Assembly (NCBI GenBank): GCA_020891255.1
Contig: BQFW01000010.1
Span: forward strand, 868,001 to 932,000
Reading direction: 5' to 3'
DNA from: Entomortierella parvispora E1425
Taxonomy: Eukaryota; Fungi; Mortierellomycota
Length of the DNA stretch: 64,000 nt
Made by a program: the position numbers and the translations under genes. This document shows, piece after piece, positions 1 through 11,867 of this stretch. Position 1 is the first letter of the stretch. Each line of letters begins with the position of its first letter. The notes beneath the pieces are model-generated. The model did no database searches and was not told the origin of the DNA. It was given only the letters and a program-made list of their open reading frames with translations.

Positions 1-8
1 GTATTAGG

Positions 9-787
9 CCTATCTCAAATTCAACAAAATCGACTTCGATATCAAGCCTGCGACGGAACCCAACATGTCTCCTTCAGGAAAGCTTCCATTTTTGGCTTTG
101 CCCGACGGCAAACTGATCACCGCGGAAGGCTTTGAGGCCTTTGTCCAGGAGAATGCCGGGTCGGATGTACCTAGATTGGAGTTGGATGAGGCTGCAGAGG
201 CAGTCGCGTTTACTGCCTTGGCCGAGTCAAAGATTCACGCCGCCCTTGTAAGTATAACTTGTGTGGCGGCGGTTGAAACCTTCAATGGGGGCGATTTGTT
301 CTTGTTTTTTTTTTTTTTTATCTAATGACTTTTCTTGAATTCCTTATAGCTTTATACCTTGTGGCTCGAGCAGCCTCATTTCCAGGCGACGACGCGCGAC
401 CACTACTTTGGCCACTACAACAACCGACTCTTGTCTATGCTCTTGGCCTACCAACAAAAGTCAGATGTCGTGAATACGATGCTCCAGACGCGTACCCAGA
501 TTGATCGCGAGTTGATCTTTGAGGAAGCTGCACAGGCGATTGATTCGCTTTCGGTTCAATTGGCATCTTCGGATGGCGATTACTTTTTCGGACGGAGTGA
601 ACCCTCTGGATTGGATGCGGTCGTGTTTGCGTACTTGCATGTGATCTTGACCATGCCTCGGATCGCCAACGCAGAGGATGCCGGTCGCTCGAGCGAGTTG
701 GCCAGGATTGTGAGGAAGCATGAGAATTTGTTCCGGTACTCACAAAAGATCTGGAAGACCTGGTTTGTCGCAGAGGCTACCCACTAA
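9..787 (+). CDS. Metaxin family (MTX2/Sam35-like) mitochondrial SAM-complex protein, 5'-partial; exons 9-247 and 350-787
   Basis: AYLKF...NMSPSGKLPFL N-terminal motif and GST-C-like LDAVVFAYLHVIL. The GTAAGT donor at 248 and TAG acceptor at 349 join in frame (HAAL|LYTLW). Confidence 0.85.
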
Positions 788-1058
788 GGAGAGAAAATGA
801 GCAGTTTACTCTTTCTTTGTATCCTTGAAGAGGAAAGCAAAGCACAGAACTGAATGCTAGAAGAAAAAAAAAATAGAAAGTGAAGAAGATCTTATAGATC
901 ATGGACTGTGCTGGACCTTGGTTTTATCCTAGGAAATCGGCTCCACCCATACCATCCTCAGCATGCACATAATAAACAGCATCTTCAATAAACCACTGTG
1001 CAGGCTTTAATGATTGGTATGTTCTAATGTTGATAATGCGTGTTACAAAAATTCTGAT

Positions 1059-1799
1059 TCAGCTCTTGCTCATATCGCCAGGAGCATGTGGCAGTGTCGG
1101 GGCGCTTGGGGCCGTGTATTGAGGTGGAGGGATATCATCCACGGGCGGCTGAGGAGCGAATTCGGATTGTTGTTGCCAATATCTTTCGTTCCCTTCGCTC
1201 TGGCTGTAACCTTGTGCGGTAGGTGGAGGTGCAACGGATGGAGGAAAGTATTGCTGTTGCTGTTGCTGTTGCTGGCTCTGCTGGTTCTGCTGAGGTTGCA
1301 CTTGCAGTTGCTGCTGCTGCATTCGCTTCATTTGTTTCCGCTGAATCTCTTGCGGGGTCGGCTGGGGGACGAAGGCGTTCGCCATAACAAAAAGTCGCCC
1401 AACAATGCCTCTCGGGGCATTGGGGTCTCTCCTGCCACGGAAACCTCCCAACGGGCTTCCGCCCCTGATACTGTTGTTATTGTCATGGCTGCAGGCGTAA
1501 CCATTGTCATCGTACCCATTTCTGCAATTGCAGCCGTATGGAGAGTGACGGCTCTGGCTCTGGTTCTGATCCTGGTTCTGGTTTGAGTTTTGAACTGATT
1601 GAGCAATGGAACCGACTAGGCCACGGATGACACCATGGCGACGTGGGCCTCCGAGTCCTCCAAAGGTGTTGTTGGGCTCTACTTGTTGATACATCACGGG
1701 AGGTGGAGCTGGGGGTGAGAGAGAGGCGTTGTAACCGGCTCCGGTACTGTATGGGGTGCTTCCGTCGCCGTTGCTGTAGTAGTTGTCGTTTCTTTGCAT
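1059..1799 (-). CDS. Hypothetical Q/P/N-rich low-complexity protein with a C-terminal PPxY motif (PPPQY)
   Basis: Open 246-codon frame from ATG 1799 (MQRNDNYYS) with poly-Q tracts and a CT-rich leader. No family motif recognised. Confidence 0.65.
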   Translation of the reverse strand: MQRNDNYYSNGDGSTPYSTGAGYNASLSPPAPPPVMYQQVEPNNTFGGLGGPRRHGVIRGLVGSIAQSVQNSNQNQDQNQSQSRHSPYGCNCRNGYDDNGYACSHDNNNSIRGGSPLGGFRGRRDPNAPRGIVGRLFVMANAFVPQPTPQEIQRKQMKRMQQQQLQVQPQQNQQSQQQQQQQQYFPPSVAPPPTAQGYSQSEGNERYWQQQSEFAPQPPVDDIPPPQYTAPSAPTLPHAPGDMSKS

Positions 1800-2354
1800 A
1801 GTGGCGGTGATGATAAAGGCCAGTGAAGTATGGTATAGGACGGGCAAAGGGACTTTTGAAGTGTAGAGATGGAAGAGAGTAGCTGTAACGTCTGTGGTTG
1901 GATCGAAGGAGAGATGAAAGATGAAAGATGAGGTTGAAGTGAATGAAAAAATATCCTGGCGTATTTATAAAGGTGATCCTCTTTTCGCATTGCTCGTTGC
2001 TTCATTCTACAGCCGTATGTCTCATTGGTCTTGATAAGCCCTAGCATGTAGAGACGACGAGGGACAACTAGAAAGTCGAATAAAAATTTGCTGTGGGCTG
2101 AGCTCAAGTGTCCGAGAGACGGGGCTGAATGCCTTGCACAGTGGGCTGCAGGGTTGGAGAAAAGAAATGTAACAAGGCACGGACTCCAAGCGTGGCAGGC
2201 TAAACTCGATTGAGCCGGGTGGATTTTATTTGTGTTGGCTGCGGCTGATGTCATGAAGACCACGACCATTTGCCCAAAGCAACAACTGAGCCAAGCCATT
2301 GACAAAAAGATGTTTACTATTTACAAATATGTCATCAAGGGCCATGGGAACCGT

Positions 2355-5159
2355 TCAGTAATCATCGTCGTCGGTGTTGGTGTGCAGTGTATCCGAGAAC
2401 ATTGGCCGCTCCAGTCCAAGAAAGTTGGCTATCCGTTGACCCCATTCTGTCCTCATCATCTTCCTCTTCCAATCGGCACCTCTCGAGACAGGGGAAGCCC
2501 CCGATGTCGTCAAACGTGCACCTGCACTGCCGTTGGCACCGCCAGCCTGCCGTCTTCTCCGGCCATTAGCTTGGTTGTTGTCATTGTTCAAAAGAGAACC
2601 AGCTGCTTCTTCTGCTCCTGAGACACCCGTTGTCTGGCTAAGTCTGCGTGTGGACGATCGGCGATGCTGTCCTGCGAGAAGAGGGTCCCCATGGCGACCA
2701 TCCTCCCCGCGGTTCATAGCCCAGCTGTAGGCAGTCGAAAGCAAGACTACCACAATACCAATGGCGATGCCCAATTCCACGCTGACAATCAAGACGCCGA
2801 GAAAGGTAACGCTCCAGATGATACAGGCTTTACGATAGCCTAACCGCCACAACTTCAGAGGCTCTGTGATCTGCATCACCAGAGACTGCAACGCCACTAA
2901 AACAATCGCCGCCAGGACTGTGTTGGGAACGCGTTCAAAACACCAGGTCAAGCAGACCAAGGTGAGCGTCACTATCACGACGCCCACCATACTGGCCAGG
3001 GGTGTCTTTCCTCCCGATTGCGACAAAATAGCTGTGCGTGTCAAACTTCCTGTACAGGCATATCCGCTGAACATGGATCCACCCATTGAGGCCAATCCAA
3101 GGGCAAACATCTCTTGGTTGGCATCGACTTTGTATCCATACCGTTTTCCAAATTGTTTCGCAATCGAGAAGGACATCACGTAGATAATCACCGCAATCAA
3201 GAGGGCAGGTTGAAGCATAGGCAGGATCACTTTCTTGAGGAACTCAACAGACATCCACTCTGTAGCACCTCCACTGACGATCAAGCTTGGAGGGAAAGCG
3301 ACATGAGGGAGTCCTTTAGGGATAGATCCAATGACATCAATTCCCATACCTCCTTCGGAACGAGGCATGTCGAGCGAAAATGCCACGTTCAAGAGAGTAA
3401 GGAGGATGACGGCCAAAAGGATATCAGGGATGGGAATATAGACCTGTCGGTCTTTGGGTGTGGCGACTGGTTCGACCATCGACATTGCCTGTTCTGCATC
3501 GTTGGCAGTCCTCGGGACATTTGGTACAAAAGTGATCGTCGAAGGACCTGCTCCATTTCCGTTTCCATGACCATCCGCAACTGTTTGTAGAGAAATGTTG
3601 GACGCCAAGGCATCCGTGTCGGGTGATGCATAGGGTGACAGAGGTTCGGCAAGATGAGTGTTGTTTCCTCCATCTTGTTTTTGTTGCTGCCGGAGTTGCC
3701 ATTGACGCTGTTGCTGCCGCTGCTCCTCGTGGCTTCGAATGATGGCGGCAGAGACTGCCTGGCGTTGCTGGACCAGGAACATTTCCTTTTTGCGAAGGTG
3801 GAGCTCATAGTCTGCCTTGCGCTTGCGCTCTAGTTTGCGCATTACAAGCATGAACAGGATGGCGATAGATCCCAATCCGACTGTGTACAGGTTCGTACTT
3901 GATATGTTTTCTCCGATCCAAAGCCATGACTTTAAAAGAGCAAAAGCACCTTGGGGAGAGGGCATATCTTTCAAACCCAAAAAGTGCTTTAGCTGAGAGG
4001 TACCAATATGAAATACGGCTGCAGTATTGAATCCGCCGACGAGCGCGTCCGGTAGCAGGTGCTTGGACGCCCAGCCACCAATGCGCAAGAAGGACATCAC
4101 GATCTGGACCACACCAACGACAAGGGACAGTGTGAGGATCATGCCAATAAACCGCTGCTCAGAATCCGGATCTGTGTAGGCCAGAGGCGACGATGACGGA
4201 GACTGTGACTCGTACAGGAGGGTGTTGGTCAGGCTATACGCATCCAATGATCCCCCAGGGGGGACAACACCATCCTGCTTTGCCATCAGTCCACGCACAG
4301 CTTGACCGAGTAGAAGAGTTGTGATCGCAAAGGTGCCTGTGTGCATGTGTCGACTCGTGCCAAAGATGCAGTAAATGAGGATGGGCACAACCGAGGTATA
4401 GAGACCGTAGACAGGGGGAAGAGGGGCCAACATAGCGTACGCCATGCTCTGAGGAATGACTACTGTGGATATGGCTACGAGGAGTACAGTGAGAGCGGTT
4501 AGTGACAGGATTGAACAACAGAGAGTCCTCTTTCATGGACTTGTGGAACAGGCAACGTTACTTATGCCAGCAATGAGATCGTCCGGGAGATCCTGAAGGT
4601 TGTACCCTGGCGAGACTAGCCATCCGAATGCAGGGACGCGCTTTCGCAGCCACGTCTTCCAACACGACTCGCTCCTGACCAGCAGGTCCTCGTCCATCCA
4701 TGCTGTCGATGACGAGCGCCGCCGCGAGCGCGCAGTGGGCGGCACGAATGAAGCCTGAGCCAATCCCGGGTCTACCCCCACATCCTGTGCTTCCAATTCT
4801 TCCGACGTAGTGGAGGATCTGAGGTCGACCGAGAGACGCCGTGGTGGAAGGTCATCGGTGCTGTAGGCTCTCGACATGCGGCGCTGGACCGTGGAGCCTC
4901 CAACACCATCGTTGACATGGTTCAAGCCGCCCAGGGAGCTGGCACTCTCGCCACTGTCGCTCTGTGTGCTGGAGGTGCTGCCATCTTGGATACTGCTGGC
5001 GCTGCTGCTGAGGCCACTGCCTCCATTCATGGAGCCGTTGGGGGAAAGCGTCAGGTAGTTGGAGGTTGATCCTCCAGCGGGAACAATGGTGGCGCTGGAC
5101 AGGGAGGAGTTTGACTCTGGCAGGTCCTGGGGGTGAACGGGAGGAGTGCCTGAAGACAT
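2355..5159 (-). CDS. SLC26/SulP anion transporter lacking a recognisable STAS domain; exons 5159-4562 and 4474-2355
   Basis: Splicing (GTAACG at 4561, TAG at 4475) gives DLIAGITISTVVIPQSMAYAML. Motifs LPPVYGLY, GTSRH, NQEMFALG, SLTRTA and GGKTPLA are present. Confidence 0.9.
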
Positions 5160-5713
5160 TGCTGTCAAGGTAAAGTATGGCTAGGGGATGGAGTAGTGAG
5201 AAGGAAGGAAGGAAGCAAGGAAGGGAAGAGAGGAAGGAGAAGGTGGAGGGAGACAAGAAAACAAGAAGCGCTGTGTTTGGGGTCGAACAGGAGCCGGCTC
5301 CAAGGGCAGCAAGGGGGCCAAGGGGGGAAGGAAGGGAGAGGAGGCGGAGGTGCAGACGAGAGGGATCAGATCAGATCAGATCAGATGGTGGAATGAACGA
5401 CGGCATGCAATGAGGGAGTGGGGAAAGAAGAGAGAAGAGAGGAGAGAGAAGAGAGAAGAGAGAGAAGAGAGAGAAGAGAAGAGCCATGTACCAAAGAAAG
5501 AAAGAAACGGAACCAAAGAAGAACGGCGAATCGGGGCGGGCAATGAATGAATGAATGATTAATTGATTGCTTCAATGAAGGAATGAAGGAATGAAGGAAT
5601 GCAAAGGTTGCTCTCTTCCTCTCTTTTCTCTTCCTTCTCACTCATCAATCCCTTGCTGGCTCGATCCATTCCAGTCGTGTCATTTCATCCATCCCTTCAT
5701 CCACCTCATCACC

Positions 5714-6298
5714 ATGGCCTCATCCCTTCTGCGCCTGACCTTGTTCACAAAGGCCAACTGTGGCCTCTGCACCACAGCCAAAGAGGCGTTGATGCGGGTG
5801 CAGACAAAGGTAAAGCGGTTCCTTCCTCCCCTTTATCGTCTGAGTCAATGCTCTCATCCTACCATCTCCTCCATCGATCTTTAGCTGGCTCGGTTGGACC
5901 TTGTGCGCTGGTCTCTGACAGGGGCATGGGATCAGATCCACCGGCTGTCGCTCCTTCCCTATCATATCCACCTGTCTCTTCGTTCTCTTTCACTCTGTTA
6001 CTCTTTCCTTCCAGGATAGTCTCGACAGAGCACACACACTTCCCCCTTTTCCTATGCCTATCCCAATCGCACCATGCTTCTCTTGGATGACTAAATACAC
6101 GTCTGTGCTTTTTAGGTCCCCTTTCACCTTGACCAGGTCGATATTTACGCGCCAGGAAAGGAGGCTGCTCAAAAGTACATGTTCGATGTGCCCGTCGTCG
6201 AGCTTAATGGACGCGTGGCCATGATGCACCGCATTGATGAGCCCAAGCTGATTGACATTCTACAGCAAGAAGCTAGCAAAGGCAAAAGCAAGCCATGA
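5714..6298 (+). CDS. Glutaredoxin-like DUF836 family protein (CGLC); exons 5714-5809 and 6116-6298
   Basis: LTLFTKANCGLC...|VPFHLDQVDI...YMFDVPVV thioredoxin-fold pattern, with a canonical phase-0 GT-AG intron. Confidence 0.88.
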
Positions 6299-6834
6299 TG
6301 TGATATCAATACAAACACCCCCTGGTCTTTATTCTCTTTTTTGTGTTTGTGTTTGTCCTTTTTTTTACCCAAAGTCGAAAGAATTGTTGTTTGTGCGACT
6401 GACGGCAGATGGCGTGAGCAAACAAGAACCTTCAAAACAATGGCACTTGATCCTAGCGCAGCTCCCAACAAGCCTAAAACTAGTGCAACGACACTGCACG
6501 CGCCTTTCTACAACCATTTCTGCCCCCTACCCGTAAGTCTTGTGTATTATGTGCTTTGTCTTTGTATACCTACCCTTGCTGCCTTTTATCGTCCTTTGGC
6601 TCAAAAAGCAACACGACACATTAGTCAGTGAGCCAATGGTGTGGTCCAATGCAGGTCTTAATTATTTGATTCATCGATAGTCAATGCCTGCGGACATTTC
6701 GAAAAAGACGACGACAGTGAGGACATATCAGTGTTGCATTTCATGCAGGTATGATTGCCACAGAGTCGTGGATGTGGTCATAATATTTCGAGTGGAGGTC
6801 GCCTGCATCACAACAGCAGTAAGTTAGTTGTTTC

Positions 6835-8230
6835 TTGTGGAGTGACTTAGGGGGATGCTGCCGCCGGCTATTTATATCCCAGCAGTGCTCAAGTATGGGG
6901 CAGCTGGGGAGGCTTGGTCCAGCACTGTCTAATGAGGACCCTAGAGAGTCTCCAGAGCCCCCAACTGGTTTGTTGTCAGACATTCAGGAAGAAGAGGACG
7001 ATAGCAATGACAATGGCATCGATAATGAGGAGAACGAGCAACTAGCATCTGCCAGGGTTGAATAAGTACCGTCACCGCCACCACAACGATATCAACACCG
7101 ACGATGGGCACCGCCAGCCCAGCCACCGCCTGTCCTTCATCCGATGACATACAGGACCAGTCTGGAGAATGCCCAGCGTCCCCCTGAATATTTTTGTTGC
7201 GTCTGCTGCCGGGTCCTCTCTCGGGGGGAGACGGTGCCCCTGACTGTAGCAAAGCACTACAGCTGGACCCTACCTTTGATCTTGGCGCTGTACAATGGCC
7301 AAATGACTGACCATGCTTGCAATACAGGGTCGAACCAACAAGGAAAGGAAACAATCTCATGGCGGTGCAAGTCTCACCAAAAAATCATTGGAATGAGTAT
7401 GTATTTCTCGTAATGACCATGACTTTGACATGGCCGCGTGTATGTATTAACAGTCCGCACGTGTCAAACTAGATACCCTTTGTCAATCAGAACAGGGAAC
7501 CCTCTACGATGGATGGATGAGCATGGTAACGTTGCGTTTGAAAAAAACGCTCCAGTGTCGCTCAGAGGAGTGTCGGGTCATGACCTTTAGTGCCTTGATC
7601 CCCTCAGCGCCTGGCCATTCCCTGTCTTTTCTATGCATCAATGGACACGGACCGATCTATCGATCAAGGTTATCTCTCAACTCCAATGCAGGCATGGACT
7701 CGTTCGTTCACGATGCGACAATACTTCCGGCAAACCGGATTCGCATCATCAGGGCGTGGAACTGGCTCCGTGTTCACAATCCTCAGGAGGAGAACTGTAA
7801 GCCAGTACCAGCCATGCCGGAGCAAATTGGAAAGTGCCTTGTAGACATTGGGACAGGGCAGGCCGAGCATCCGGGGCATCTAGATTTCCCAGGAATGTTT
7901 TGTGCAGGCATGGATCCAGGTCCCAGAGCGGCGGACGTGCAGATGGAGAATTTGATCACAGGCGTGAATGCAGAGGATGACACGGGGGTAACTAACCTTC
8001 AAGAGCCCCATGCTGACGCTCAGTTTCATTCCCAATCTCTTTCCGTATGGGCATGGTGACTTTAAGTTGGAACATTACAAGACGAACCTAAGTCAGCGCT
8101 AGAGGCTGTGCATGCGAAGCAAGTGCGCGGATGGTGGCTGGAGAGTCCACCGCCTGGGATTGAAATGCAGGTGTTCTTTCAGGACCATTTACACAAACCT
8201 CTCCAAAGCCAACACAAAATGAGTATAGCA
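6835..8230 (+). mobile_element. Degenerate Helitron-like Rep/helicase N-terminal fragment (DUF6570-like region)
   Basis: Broken frames contain PEYFCCVCCRVL, RIRIIRAWNWLRVHNP (RxxxALxWLxxHNP type) and, frameshifted near 8025-8065, FIPNLFPYGHG (FPxLFPxGxG Helitron hallmark). In-frame stop at 7063 plus frameshifts. Confidence 0.65.
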
Positions 8231-8461
8231 GCATGATGTCGCAGGGTGTCATGGTCATGGATTTATTTATATTTCATGCAAGCAAGAGGTCCAATGCCTA
8301 GTAAAAGCAACCCGAGCTGGACCCTTTTTTCAGGAATCTCACATGACTCAATCGATTGCAGCAAATAATCCTCATTATTGTTATTTTTTTATCCCTTAGT
8401 CTGTAAATACAAATTTGCCATTTAAAATTTATTTTATCTGAGTTTCGACGAGGAAGAGTTT

Positions 8462-10262
8462 GTGCCTGTTGTTGAGATACGAGCTCAGACTGACGAAACC
8501 TTTCAAGAACAAGACGAGGAGCAAGAGGCGCCTGATGAACTAGAGCAAGATGAACAAGAAGGAGATCAGGTGCAGGAGGGAGATCAAGAGGAAGAGCCTC
8601 TACAACGAAGGAGAGGGAGAAAGAAGACGAAGCCCAACATCAAATTGCCTGATCCTCCAGAGCTCGAGCCTCTGGTCCAGAACATCCGGCGTGGATACGT
8701 CAGTCTAGATCCTGTTTTCCAGGGCATCGTACCACCACCCATCACTCTCTTTCGATTTTTCTTCAGAGACTTCATGCTCGATACAATCGTTAGGAACACC
8801 AATCTTTACGCCGAAACCAAAAGAGCTGAAGCGGGTGCAACTGGTCGTGCTTGGAAATCAATGACCAGAAACGAACTTGTTACCTGGATCGCCATCACCA
8901 TTTACATTGGACTTCACAAAATGTCGTCGTTAGTACAACTCTGGAACACAGAGCGAGTGGCACCGACACACTACATATCAAGGTACATGAATCAAGTTCG
9001 ATATGAGCAGATCAAGCGTTATTTCCATGTGTGCGCCCCAGATGCCGTTATTGATGAGTACGTGATAAAGTCGAGCCACTACTGTCACATATCCGAGATA
9101 CCTCAAAGCGACTCTACACGCCAGCATCGAATGTCTCCATCGATGAGATGATGATCCGGTTTTCGGGACGAGGTGCTCATACCGTTCGTATGAAAAAAAA
9201 ACCCGATTACGGAAGGCTTCAAGATATTCTCTCTCTGCGATGCAGGATACACCTACACTTTCATTCCATCATGTAGGGTTCAGTCAGTCCGAGTTGAAAA
9301 AAATACCCGGCCTCACTCAAACAGGGAACATTGTCAACCATCTTGTCCAACAGCTACCGAAGAGTCCACATTACCGCGTTTTTATGGACAACTACTTCAC
9401 CAGTGTCAAACTTTTCCAACACTTTCGAAACCTCAGCATCGGCGCCTGCGGCACCACAAGAAGGCAGGGTGGAGTCCCCAAGGAGTTATATGTCGACAAG
9501 AATGCAAAGCTCGATTGGGATACTAGGTCTGGTGTTGTTGTCGGCGGCGTACTGGTGGTCTTTTGGATGGATAACGGCCCGGTTACGATGATGACTACGA
9601 TTCATGGCATGATAGGAGATGAATGGGAGGTGATGCGAGTACGACGTCGGCCCAGAGAAACAAGTACTAATGGGACCAAGGTGCGGTCCATTTTCGGCAA
9701 TGAACCCAAAAAGGAACTCAAGATCCTCAAAGTCATCGATGACTACAATCTCAACATGGGTGGGGTTGATATTGCAAACCAACTTCGGTCATATTACAGC
9801 ACGGAGCAGACTGCACATCGAAACTGGTGGCCGATCTTTTTCTGGCTCCTGGATACTACGATCATCAACTGTTATCTCATTGCTCGAAAAAAAGGATCCA
9901 TTCTCACACAGAGAGTTCCGCAGCTCTCTTGTCTGGGGCTTGATTGACTCAGTTACCACCACAAAGATTACCAAGCGCCGCAAGGCCGATGATCCTGTTC
10001 TAGTTGAGGAGATCGAAGGGGCGACATGGAGACGTCCCCGCGTGACCAAAACGTTCACTCTCCCAAACGACCGGTTTACTGACGACAATCACTTTCCTGT
10101 TACCCGCAAGGAACGATCCACCTGCCTTCTCTGTTCCTGGAAAGCCAAGAACAAGCTCATCTTCATGGATCACAAAAACCCTGTTTAGTCCAATATATGG
10201 TGCCTGGCATGTGGAGTTCCTCTGTGTAGCAACAAAACTCGAAGCTGTTTCAAAGAATACCA
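8462..10262 (+). mobile_element. piggyBac-family (PGBD/DDE_Tnp_1_7) transposase pseudogene
   Basis: IVRNTNLYA, YEQIKRYFHVC, SIDEMMIRFSGR, KPITEGFKIF, VFMDNYFTS, YNLNMGGVD, WWPIFFWLLD and a C-terminal Cys-rich CLLC...CLACGVPLC...CFKEYH. Frameshifts near 9060, 9200, 9260 and 9900. No TTAA/TIR found. Confidence 0.92.
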
Positions 10263-11244
10263 TAGTGTCCAGATCTTGTTTCGAGCTGCTTTACGCCCTT
10301 TCTGTAGTCCTGCTCCCAGTGAGGCAATTCCAATCTGTCTACTGTACCCAGCATAGGGTCCACGATCTTTTGGATCTTCCTCTCTAAAACGTCATTCTCA
10401 AAGAACTCGAGCATTCAGGGAGGTGAAACAGTGCTGTCGCCATCACAGTTCAAATTACAAAAGGTCTATAAAATGGTAAGGAAAACAGTTTAGTGCCAAG
10501 ATACTTATACAGACGCATTACGGGAACCAGCATGGGTTTGGATATACAGGGAATACATACCTCCCACACCTTGAAGTAGGTTTTGTACGCTTGAGTTGTC
10601 TTTGTAGGCGGTCGGCTGAGGATACCTTCAAGGACGACTCGAGCAGACTCCTTTCTTTTGGCAAGAACGACTTCTGCTATAAGTGAGATTGATGGTTGGT
10701 CATCAAGTGCACATGGAGAGAACAAGGACTTGTTCCATCTCTTGGCTGAAGAAGGAGGCCCTGTAGTCGCTGTAACCATCGGTTTCTAGGCACGTTTCTC
10801 GTTTAGAACAGCATCGTCAGGGTGGGTTTGTTCCTGCCTTCTTTTCCCACGTCCAGTTACCACTGCAGCTGCAGCTGTCTCTATAGCATCTGGCAAAGCA
10901 GACGTTTCCTGCTGCGTTGTCTCGAAAGAAGGCATGAGGACGCGTGTGCATTTTGGACTCGTTGCTGGAGGTGTCAACGGGGGGCCATAGGACTGAATCG
11001 CGGAGACTGCCTCGGAATAGGGTGCACTCAAGGTAGACATGTCAGCGGTGAAGGCTGCTGTCGCTTCCTTGGTGGGTGCAGGATCATGCGACTCTGCGGA
11101 CAACAAAGCTAAGGTTTAGGTGGCGACTGTAGCCTTCCGATCTTCCGCGGCGCTTGGCTGGAGCGTCGGTGGAGGCTTGCAGTCGGGCTTTATTGCCTAC
11201 AAGGTTTTTCGTCGTTCAGATTTTCCGGTGTTTTTCTGGGCATG
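10263..11244 (-). pseudogene. Crypton/Ndc10-like tyrosine-recombinase-family N-terminal fragment, disrupted
   Basis: Intron 10560-10466 (GTATGT...TAG) joins TTQAYKTYFKVWE|TFCNLNCDGDSTVSPP*MLEFFENDVLER. This resembles the TxxAY..W..FC..V(T/S)..K...F..V..R pattern of fungal Crypton-type proteins. In-frame stops at 10786 and 10415. Confidence 0.5.
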
Positions 11245-11867
11245 ATGGAGTCAATCAGCAGGGGATGAGCAGGCGCAGGGAGTTTGTGGAGATTTTTGCG
11301 GAGAAGAGAGCAGCGAGTGTTGGATAATGAGAGCATGAAGGCGCACCAGACCCAGATTAATAACATTTATAACTGCAGAGATCAGATGAGAGATGGAGCG
11401 GAGGATTACCACGCCCTGCAACGGAGACAACGACAATAGGATAGTTTGGCATGGGCAGGGTAGGATGGTGAGATGTGTTCAGGTACCTTCGCATTCCATG
11501 CTGATGGCCCTCGGGCATGCACTTCTAAGCCACCGGGACACTGACCTGGTCTTCTTGTGACTGTTTTGAGAGCGCCGCCATGCACGCGTTACGCGACAAG
11601 TTGCCTCGGCTTTCTTCCTTGCCTCTGCACCTGTCCATGACCCACCCAGCATCGCGCAGAGACAAGCCTCACAAGCCTTACCAAGAAGCCCTAGTCCATT
11701 AATCTCCAATCACGCATCCAAATTCGACAGCTGAACGTTTCCCCATTCACGGAAAGAGGTGAGCCCTATAGCCACGCGCACGCATGCAACCATGCAACTA
11801 CTGTGGCAGCCATTGCATTGACACACTCCCACATTACTCACATATTTCTATTTTTGGGACATCAGTA

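Noticed and set aside
8260-8460. piggyBac left TIR / TTAA target
   Set aside because: No TTAA-CCC-type end and no matching right end was found.
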